Below, one piece after another: positions 25,315-33,442 of a stretch of 64,000 bases of DNA. The position numbers were made by a program, and so were the translations under genes. The stretch's first letter is position 1. Each line of letters begins with the position of its first letter. Origin of the DNA: Rebecca billardiae RCC1528 (lineage: Eukaryota; Protista; Haptophyta); NCBI GenBank assembly GCA_965240325.2, contig OZ251251.1, positions 868,001 to 932,000 on the forward strand, read 5' to 3'. The notes beneath the pieces are model-generated. The model was not told where the DNA came from and made no database searches. It was given only the letters and a program-made list of their open reading frames with translations.

Positions 25315-27231
25315 ATGGCGGACGACGGCGCGCCGCCGCGCGCCTTCCCCGGGTGCGCACGCGCGGCGAGCGCGACGGCCACCGAGCGGGCCTCTTCCGC
25401 GCGCGTCGTCGTGACCCGCCCTCGCGCGCCCGGCGCGCCTCGTCGCCGCGCGCAGGCCCGCGGGCGCTCTGCTGCTGACGCCGTCCGCCTCCGACGCGAC
25501 GCACAGCACGCCGCGCGCGCGCCCGGCGCTCGCGCCGTTCCGGCCGTCGATCGCGTGGCTGGCGCTGGCGGAGGAGGACGACGACGCCCCAAATGGCGTG
25601 CCCCAGCCGGCCGGGCGCCGCGTCACCATCGCCGACGTGCTGCAGGTGCGAGCGGCGCGCAGCGGCGTGCGGCGCGCCGCGCAGCGCAGCGCGCGCCGCG
25701 ACGGCTCAGCGCGGCGCTCACTCCGCGCGCGGCACCGCGCCCGGCGCGCGCGCGGGCGCGCGCACAGGGCCTGTACGACAAGCCGACCCGGTGCAAGACC
25801 GCGTGCCTCCGCGCGCAGCTCCGCAGCGTGCTGAGCGCCGAGGGCGAGGTGCACGCGCTGCTGGAGGACCCCACGGGCGCGCTGGAGGCGACGGTGCACA
25901 GGGCGGTGCCCGAGCGCTGGCCCGGCACGCTGGCGGCCGGGGCGGTGCTCGTGCTCAAGCCGGTGTGCGTGGTCAACCTCTCGCGCCACAAGCACCACCT
26001 CGCCGTCACCGCCGACACGCTCGTCGACATCGTGCCCGCAGACGGCGACGCGTTGCGCGAGCGCAGGCGGCTGCGGCCACGCACGCACGCGCACGCGGCC
26101 CAGCGCTCGCAGCCCGAGTCGGAGCCGGGCGGCAGTCCGCTCGAGCGCGGCGGCAGTCCGGGGTGGCGCAGCCCGGCGCAGCCGCCGTGGCGCGCGCGCG
26201 GCACGCCGAGCGAGGCGCGCGCGCAGCCCGGCGCGCGCGGCGCCGGCCCTCTGCGGCCCGCCCCCTCCGCCCCCTCCGCCCCCTCCGCCCCCCCCACCGC
26301 TCCCCCCAAGCGCTCCACCCCGGACTCGGCCAGCCGCGCGGACGAGGCGGAGGCGGAGGCGGAGCCGTGGCGCCCTCGGCAGGCGGCGCGTGCCGAGCAC
26401 GCGGGCGCGGCGGGATGGCGGCGCGAGCCCGCGGCGGGCCCAGCGTGCTGGGGCGCGCGCGCGGCCCCGCCGCCCGGCTGCGGCCTGTGTGACTCTGTGT
26501 GTGCGCTGTCCTGCCCTGACGCGGAGCCGTGGGCCGTTGAGCCCACGCACGCGCAGCGCGCGCAGCACGCGCCGCCACAGCACCCGCCCGTCACGCCGAC
26601 GGCGCGGCACGCGGCGGCGGGGCTGCGGCCGGGCGGCGCTGCGGCCCGCGCCGCCGCCGCCGCGCCGCCGGATGGCTCCGGCTGGCGCGCGGCCGCCACG
26701 CAGCCGGCGCCGCCGCCCACCGCAGCAGCGGGCATGAGTGGCACGACGCCACCGGGCGCGCGCCCGCCGCTGCCACGCTCCCCGCGCTCGCTGCAGCGCC
26801 ACCTCGCGCTGCACGGCGTCGGCGGCGTGCGCGCTGCGCCCGGCCCGCCGCCGGCCGCGGGCGCCGCGCCACCGGCGGGGCGCTGGTGCGCGCCGGCGGC
26901 GCAGGGGCGGCCCCCGCAGCTGGGTGGCGCGCAGCAGCGAGGGCGAGCGCCGCCGGAGGCGCCGGCCGTGCGCACACAGCCGCGCGGCGCGCGCGACGCG
27001 CCGCTGCCGTGGAGCCCCGCGGCGGGCTGCGATCTCTCGCAGGCTGCGCGCGGCGGCAGCAGCGTCTGCAGCGCGCCGCCGCCAAGCCTCGCGCCGACGG
27101 CCGGCGCCGCGCACGGCCTACTCGGCGGCGGCGCACCTCCGGACGACGGCGGCGCCGCCAGCGCGTTTGGTGGCGGCGCGTTTGACGAAGGCAGCGCTGA
27201 CGTGGACGCCATCTTCTCCGCGGGCTGGTGA
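25315..27231 (+). CDS. HROB: HROB/MCM8IP (C17orf53, DUF4539)-like OB-fold homologous-recombination factor; 3 exons
   Basis: Splicing out introns 25353-25455 and 25646-25767 creates the family motif FPG|PAGAL and joins VTIADVLQ|GLY. OB-fold core LLEDPTGALEATVHR...LAAGAVLVLKPVCVV...HHLAVTADTLVDI. Acidic-hydrophobic C-terminus DVDAIF. Confidence 0.8.
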   Translation: MADDGAPPRAFPGCARAASATATERASSARVVVTRPRAPGAPRRRAQARGRSAADAVRLRRDAQHAARAPGARAVPAVDRVAGAGGGGRRRPKWRAPAGRAPRHHRRRAAGASGAQRRAARRAAQRAPRRLSAALTPRAAPRPARARARAQGLYDKPTRCKTACLRAQLRSVLSAEGEVHALLEDPTGALEATVHRAVPERWPGTLAAGAVLVLKPVCVVNLSRHKHHLAVTADTLVDIVPADGDALRERRRLRPRTHAHAAQRSQPESEPGGSPLERGGSPGWRSPAQPPWRARGTPSEARAQPGARGAGPLRPAPSAPSAPSAPPTAPPKRSTPDSASRADEAEAEAEPWRPRQAARAEHAGAAGWRREPAAGPACWGARAAPPPGCGLCDSVCALSCPDAEPWAVEPTHAQRAQHAPPQHPPVTPTARHAAAGLRPGGAAARAAAAAPPDGSGWRAAATQPAPPPTAAAGMSGTTPPGARPPLPRSPRSLQRHLALHGVGGVRAAPGPPPAAGAAPPAGRWCAPAAQGRPPQLGGAQQRGRAPPEAPAVRTQPRGARDAPLPWSPAAGCDLSQAARGGSSVCSAPPPSLAPTAGAAHGLLGGGAPPDDGGAASAFGGGAFDEGSADVDAIFSAGW

Positions 27232-27979
27232 CGACGGCCGTGGCACCGCGCACGCCTTCGTGCGCGGCTCGGCGCCGGGCGCGGCGATCGGCGGCGGCGA
27301 TGGGCGCGCGCAGCTGCTGCTAGTGCTGGGTCCGCTGTCACGTCGTCACTCGCCCCGGCGTGAGTCCGGCCGACGAGATCGGCCTTCGGCGGGCCGCATA
27401 TCGTCGCGACGACTGTCATCGATCTGCTGGCCGCGGGCCCGCGGCGAATAACTGCGCGGCGGTGTCGTCCATCACTCATGTCAGTGACACTCCGGCAGTG
27501 CCGTCCGGGCCGGCAGTCATCGTCCGGACGTCGTCCGATCACCGATGTGACCGTACCGATTCCGCCTCACAGTCACACTAGTCGCATTCGGCGTGTGCGA
27601 CTAACGAGAGCCACCGAGGCTGATTACTGCCATTACTGGATGTCAGCGGTATTGTCAGTGGCTATACTACGGAGTACGGGCGACGACGCCGTGCCTCCCC
27701 TCAGTCCCCTCTCAGTCTCGCCCGTGCTCGCCGAGTCGCCCTCGCCGGCCCGGCGGTCCCGGCGAGTCATCGGTCAGTGGAGCCACCGCCTCACCCGTCA
27801 CCGGGTGTCGGGTGAGGCCTGAGCCCGGCTGAGGAGTGAGGGTCCGCGCGGCCCGCCCGGCGGCCGCGACCGAGGCCGCCGCCGCCCGGGGCCGGGGGGC
27901 ACGGCCGCTGTCGGCCTGTCAGTGACAGTGTCCGGGGCCGGCGGCCGACGGCGGGCAGATGCCGGCCGCGGGCCCGCGA

Positions 27980-28082
27980 CCGAGCGCCTTCCGGAGCACT
28001 TGGATGAGGGTGAGGTCGTAGTCGATGTCGCCGCCCGCCGACCTAGCGGCGAGCAGCTCCGGCAAGCGGCAGCCGCGGCTGT
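27980..28082 (-). repeat. Dispersed repeat, inverted copy of 40893-40995
   Basis: 103 bp apparently identical to the reverse complement of 40893-40995. Abuts an AT-rich tract at 28083-28160. Confidence 0.9.
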
Positions 28083-28728
28083 ATTATTAATAATAAAATT
28101 ATTTAAAAAGCAGGACGATATTTTTGAAAATAATATTATAATTAATTTGGGTTTTAATGTGGAGTGCTGGCATCGCCGGCTCTCATCGGCCGCACGGGCT
28201 TGCGCGGCCGCAGCGGGTTTCGTCGGTGATGATTCTGCCATGCGATGGTGTACACGGACACGGGTGTGTTGTCGCCGTGCGCGGTGAGTGGCCCGATCGC
28301 CGGCACACAGCTCGGAGCGTCGGCTCGTCCCGCGTTCGCGGCGGCGGCTGGCAGGCCGGCCAGTTGCTGCGCACTACTACGGGGAGGACGAGTTTGCGGT
28401 CATCGATGCAGGCGACGGCGGTCTCGCGACCGCGTCGAGCACTGCGTTGCACCCGGGTCCGTCGTGTCGCCCACGGTCAGGGGCGCGCGCGGCGATTGTC
28501 GCGCGCGCGGCGGCGACGGCGGCGGGCCGAGGTGTCGACGGCGGCAGCGTCCGCGGCGGGGGGCCGAGGCGCGCGGCGGCGAGGGGGCGTCGTGGAGAGA
28601 GCGAGAGAAGGACGCGCCCCTCGCGCCGCGGCGTCGGGCGCGCCCGCGGCCGAGCGCTCGGCCGCAGGCGCGCTCCGCTCCGGCGTGCGCGAGCGGCTGG
28701 TGCGCACGCGCACTGTGCGCCGAGCGCC

Positions 28729-29040
28729 CTAGTCGACGATGCCGGGCGCGCCAAAGCCGCGCTGCCGGGAGAGGGAGGGCGGCTCCGGCACGGGCGTGCT
28801 GTCGCCGCCGAGGTTGAGGGCGCCGAGCGAGCGGTACACGGGCTCCTCGTCCTCAATCTCGTACGAGATGTCGCGCGGGATCCCGCCCGAGAAGCCCGCG
28901 CGACCGGCGCCCTCCTCCTCGTCGAGGAGCGCCTCGTCGTCGAGCGGCGCGCTCGCCGCGCGGAAGACGGGCCGGTCGCCGTCAAAGTAGGCGAGCACCA
29001 TCACGCTCTCCTCCGCCTCGATCGAGTCCGAGGGTTGCAT
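28729..29040 (-). CDS. Small acidic hypothetical protein (~103 aa)
   Basis: GC3-biased, non-low-complexity frame MQPSDSIEAEE...PVFRAA...EEPVYRSLG...PPSLSRQRGF..VD*. Confidence 0.55.
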   Translation of the reverse strand: MQPSDSIEAEESVMVLAYFDGDRPVFRAASAPLDDEALLDEEEGAGRAGFSGGIPRDISYEIEDEEPVYRSLGALNLGGDSTPVPEPPSLSRQRGFGAPGIVD

Positions 29041-30180
29041 GACGGCGCGTGCGCGTACGCGGGCCGAGCCTGCGGGGCGGACGCGCACGCCACGGTGAGA
29101 GGGGGCAGACGCGCCGGTCAGCCCCCGCGCGCCGCGGCGCAGACGCCCCCGCGCCCCCACTCCGGCCGAACGCCCCTCCCTCCCCCCGGCCGCCCCGAGA
29201 GCAGTCTGAAACGGGCGCTGGCGCGCGCGAGCGGCACGTGCGCGGCAGGGCAGGTACCAACGCACCACCCCGACGCGCCCGCGCCGGCTCGCGCGGCCCA
29301 CGGCGCGCGTGCTGGCCCCCAATTGCTGGGGAGGCGCAGCAGCCGCCCGGCCCCGGGCCCCGCGGCCGGCACCCGCGGTGCGGCGGTGCCGGCCGCTCTG
29401 GCCGCCCAGGCCGGCGCGCGGCCGGGGCGGAGAGGGTGCAGATCCGCGCGCGACCCCGCGATCCGCGCGCGCGCGCTGGGGCGCGCCGCGCGCCGCCGCT
29501 CGCACGCGCGCACGTTGAGCGGTGGCGAGGGCCGCTGGCTGGAGGCTTGCTGCTGCAAAGGGGTGCTCGTCGGTGTGGTCTGAGCGCGGGGCTCGCGAAG
29601 TCAGGGACGCACCAAAGCAGTCGAGAAGATTCGACCGTTTGGCGCAGCCAATCAGCGCGGCGGATCTAGCGCCGCTCACGTAGTGACCGAGCGCAAATGA
29701 GCGCGTCCCTAGGCGCTGTTGCGAAAGCTCCTGCCTTTCGCAACATTCCGGAGTACCCGAGCTCGAACTCGCGCCTATGATCTCATGTGCCGCGTATTCG
29801 CAATTGCGCGCCGTGTCCGAGCCCTTTCCTGCAACTGCCGGGTGTGTTTCCAACGTTTGGGCGCCCCAAGGGAAGGCGAAGAATCGAACGGTTTGTATAT
29901 TCGGGCCGCACTCATCCCGCGCTTCTCCCTAGTAAGTTACCTTATTGGCAGCATCGCCGGATTCCGATAGCTTCCGATCACAATCATATGACGGCATCTT
30001 GAACTTCCGCTGGGCAATGTGTCGTTTCGAGCCTAATGAACCATCAACGAGACTGACGCCATCAGGCCCGGCGGCGTCACCGTCGGCCACTCGTGGGAAC
30101 TGGCACCAACGCCCCCGCCGGACTTCGCGCCGGACAGGAAACGGCGTCCGGACGCGAACAGCTTTCTGCGGCCGGCCGCG

Positions 30181-31146
30181 ATGCTCACGCCGCTCGACAA
30201 GCGCTACCTCGCGGGGATGGTCGGCCGCTCGCCGCCCAGCTCACCGCCCGAGACCAAGCCGTTCAGTGGCGCGGGGCACTCGCCGCGCTTGCAACCCGCC
30301 GACTCGCCCGCACCCGTCCCGCGCCCGCGCTCGCCCGTCTGGACGGGCGCCGTGCCGCCGTCGCCGCCGCCGCGCGGCGCGCCCGTGGTCGGCCGCGCGC
30401 TCGCCGACCTGCCGCATCCGTCGTGGCCGCCCGCCCTCGACTTCCGCTTCCTCGGGTACGGGCGCGCGGGCGCCTTCGCGCACACCGCCGACGACGAGCT
30501 GTACGACCCCGCCGAAGCGTTTCGCTTCGACGGGCTGGACGACCACGAGTACGATGCGCCCGGGCCGCCGGTGGGCGGCGGCGGCTTTGCGTTCGGCACG
30601 GACGCGCGGACGGGGCGCTCGCGCAACCGGCGGCGGCTCCCGACGTCGAGCGCGGGCCTCGACGGCGGCGACGGCGCCATCCACCCCGACGTCGACCCGT
30701 ACGCCCCCGACGACGGGCCGGGCCCAGGCGAGTACAGCCCGCCCCGCTGGCCTGACCCGCGCGCGCACCGCGTCGGCTCGGCGGCGGTGCTGGGGTGCGC
30801 GCCGGAGGAGGGCGCGCGCCGGCCGAGCAGCGCGCGGCCCGCCTCGCCGGGCCCCGCGGCGTACCGCCTCGCGCGCGAGTTCTCGCCGCGCGAGCCCGCG
30901 CCCGGCCACGTGCCCGCGCGCGCGCGGTACAGCCCGGGCGCGGGCGGCGTGCGCTGGGGCACGAGCGAGCTCGCGCGCGGCCGCCCCGCGTTCCGCCAGC
31001 CGAGCAGGCGGCAGGCCGAGCTCGACGCGCACATGAAGAACGCGCGCGCGCGGCACGACGGCGCCTTCCGCGGGCTGCGCCCGCGCGTGCGCCCGTCGTG
31101 GATGCACGGGCGGCACGAGCTGGGCGCGGTCTCGGCCACGTGGTGA
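30181..31146 (+). CDS. Pro/Gly-rich protein with PGP-Y (SHIPPO/ODF3/STPGR-like) repeats, possible flagellar protein
   Basis: PGPGEYSP, SPGPAAY and DAPGP..GGFAFG motifs in a single ORF with host codon bias. Confidence 0.55.
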   Translation: MLTPLDKRYLAGMVGRSPPSSPPETKPFSGAGHSPRLQPADSPAPVPRPRSPVWTGAVPPSPPPRGAPVVGRALADLPHPSWPPALDFRFLGYGRAGAFAHTADDELYDPAEAFRFDGLDDHEYDAPGPPVGGGGFAFGTDARTGRSRNRRRLPTSSAGLDGGDGAIHPDVDPYAPDDGPGPGEYSPPRWPDPRAHRVGSAAVLGCAPEEGARRPSSARPASPGPAAYRLAREFSPREPAPGHVPARARYSPGAGGVRWGTSELARGRPAFRQPSRRQAELDAHMKNARARHDGAFRGLRPRVRPSWMHGRHELGAVSATW

Positions 31147-31403
31147 GGCTCCGTGCGCTGCCTCCGCGTGCAGGGCCGACCGGCACTCGTCCTTACTCTG
31201 AGGTCAGCAGCCGAGTAGCCGACTGCCAGCACGGACGTTGACGGCTGCCAGAGTGTCAGGCGGCAGGCCGAAGAGTTCCTGCTGCAGCATTTTGCGGATC
31301 GGAATTCCAATGAAGCCGTGATGGCCGTCGGCCGGACTGCCGGCGGACGCTCGGGCGTTGGGCGTTGGGCGTTGGCAGACGTGGCCGCGCGGATCTGGAT
31401 TTG

Positions 31404-32585
31404 ATGATGGCTTCCGCCGCCGCAAGCAGCCGCCGTCCGCCACCACTCATGCCCACGCCACCAGCCTCGCGGCCGAGGGCGCGCGCGGTGCTGCTGCTGC
31501 TCGGGCTGGCGGGCGCCGAGCTGGCCCGTGCGTCCGGGCCATGGCTCACCCAGCCCTCCCGCCCGCTGGCCACGCCCGGCGCGCGCGGCGCGCGGCCGAT
31601 CGGCACGGCCGCGCAGCTCGCGCGCGCCGCCGCGCGCGCCGAGGCCGAAGAGGGCGGCGACGGCGAGGACGACCCCGAGGCGGAGTACGTGCAGCGCGTG
31701 CTCGACGTGCAGCGGGCGCTGCGATTCGCCGAGGAGGCGCGCGCCCGCCTCGCCGAGCGCGCCGCGACCGGCGTGCGCGCCGGCGGCGCCGGCGCCGGCC
31801 CGGGCGCGCGCGCGCGCCGGCCGCCGGGCGCGCGCTCGCAGCTCTCGTACACGGACGCGGGCACGCTGGTGCTCGAGGTGCCGCCGACCGGCGGCGGCCC
31901 AGGCGCGCCGGGCGTCCTCTTCGGCGGCGCGTTCAGCCTCGCGTGGTTCTCCGCCATCGGCTCGTTCACCGCGGCCGCGCTCGCGAGCGCCAGCCCAGTG
32001 GGCGTGCTCTTCTCAGCGCCCTTCTGGCTGGCGGGGGCGGGCGTGGTGAAGAGCGCGGTGCTGGAGCCGTCGCTGCGCACGCGGCTGAGCGTGGGCACGT
32101 ACGCGTGGAGCGTGGCGAGCGAGCTCCCGCTCCGCGCGGGCGTGCGCGTGCGCGGCGCCGAGGGCGCCACCGCCGACATCGAGGCGGTGGCGGTCGTGCC
32201 GCCCGCCACCGAGTACGGCGCGCGCGGCGGCGGCGGCGCGGCGTACGCGGGCCGCGGCGGCGGCGCGCGCGCGTCGGTGGGCGTGGGCGTGGGGCTCGTG
32301 GGGCCGGGCGTGTGGGTCGAGCAGCAGGACGGGTACGCGCCCGACGCCGAGCCCGCCGCCGCCCTCGTCCTCGTCGTCCGCCAGGGCGGCGGCGGGTCGG
32401 GCGGCGGGTCGGGCGGCGTCGGCGCCGGCCGCGTGGAGGAGGTGGCGCTGGGGCAGGGGCTGAGCCGGGCGGAGCTCCAGTGGCTGGCGGAGGAGCTGGG
32501 CGAGCACGTGCGCCGCGCGCAGCAGAGCGCCGGGCTGGCGGAGGACGACGACGCCGGGCTGGGCGAGGACGACGACGCGGTGTGA
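31404..32585 (+). CDS. Signal-peptide (possibly plastid-targeted) membrane protein resembling the C-terminal membrane region of cyanobacterial Ser/Thr kinases
   Basis: Hydrophobic leader AVLLLLGLAGAELARA, LVLEVPP, two TM segments (FSLAWFSAIGSFT; LFSAPFWLAG), terminal GLSRAELQWLAEEL. Confidence 0.6.
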   Translation: MMASAAASSRRPPPLMPTPPASRPRARAVLLLLGLAGAELARASGPWLTQPSRPLATPGARGARPIGTAAQLARAAARAEAEEGGDGEDDPEAEYVQRVLDVQRALRFAEEARARLAERAATGVRAGGAGAGPGARARRPPGARSQLSYTDAGTLVLEVPPTGGGPGAPGVLFGGAFSLAWFSAIGSFTAAALASASPVGVLFSAPFWLAGAGVVKSAVLEPSLRTRLSVGTYAWSVASELPLRAGVRVRGAEGATADIEAVAVVPPATEYGARGGGGAAYAGRGGGARASVGVGVGLVGPGVWVEQQDGYAPDAEPAAALVLVVRQGGGGSGGGSGGVGAGRVEEVALGQGLSRAELQWLAEELGEHVRRAQQSAGLAEDDDAGLGEDDDAV

Positions 32586-33442
32586 CGGCGCGGCGCGCGG
32601 GCTGCGCGGCGTGCGTGGTGACGCGGAGGGCCTCGTGGCCGCGTGGCAATGACACAATCGGCGCGGGGTACCGGGTAGGCTGCGCGCGCCTCTCAAGTCT
32701 CGCCTCTCGAGGCGCCGCGGCCCGTCGTCGCCACACGCGGGCCACCTCTCACTCTCTCAGACCGTCTGCCACTCTCACATCTGCATCTGACGACGACAAC
32801 GAAGTATCGTCGCGTAGCAATCAAGACTCGGAAACGCGTACTGCTAGAGCTTCAAACAGATTAACAGTACCGTCGTAGCAATCAAGACACGGCTTACTGC
32901 TAGTGGTTTCGGGATACGTTATGAGAGCTCATCGATGGATGGGTGGTGATTGGGTTCGGGGCGGAACAATCACTTTAAGCTCCAACCGCGCTCGATGGCA
33001 TTGCTGTTGTATCGTTTGAAACGGTACATGGTACAGATACAACCTCTGAGATCGCGCCGAGCTCAGTTTTGTGTTGGAAGCCATCGAACGCACGGTTAAA
33101 GCCACGGGGGTGATGGGCTGACTTCTGAATATTGTACTACATCATTTGGTGGTTGTCATGGCCGCGTCAGACACGGCAAGCCCGCGGCCATACGTGAGCG
33201 ACGATGAATGATGGGAATGATTCGAAGACAATACTGTACAGCGCAATCCCAGCGTCGAGATCATAGCTCAAATGGCCAGGACTCGAATGCCCATGAAAGC
33301 CAACGACGTCAAGAAGTCACTCGAACGTGATTGCTATGCGAATGCGGGTGTCGTTTTGCATGCTCGAAGTTGGCAACGGATCGGTCCCCCACGAGCGAAG
33401 GCGCGCACATCAACCCACCCAACCTCCGCACGCCCGACGACC

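Noticed and set aside
33272-33442. Upstream in-frame extension of the H-NOX ORF
   Set aside because: H-NOX domains begin at the M(Y/F/K)G N-terminus; ATG 33443 fits, and the extension lacks host codon bias.
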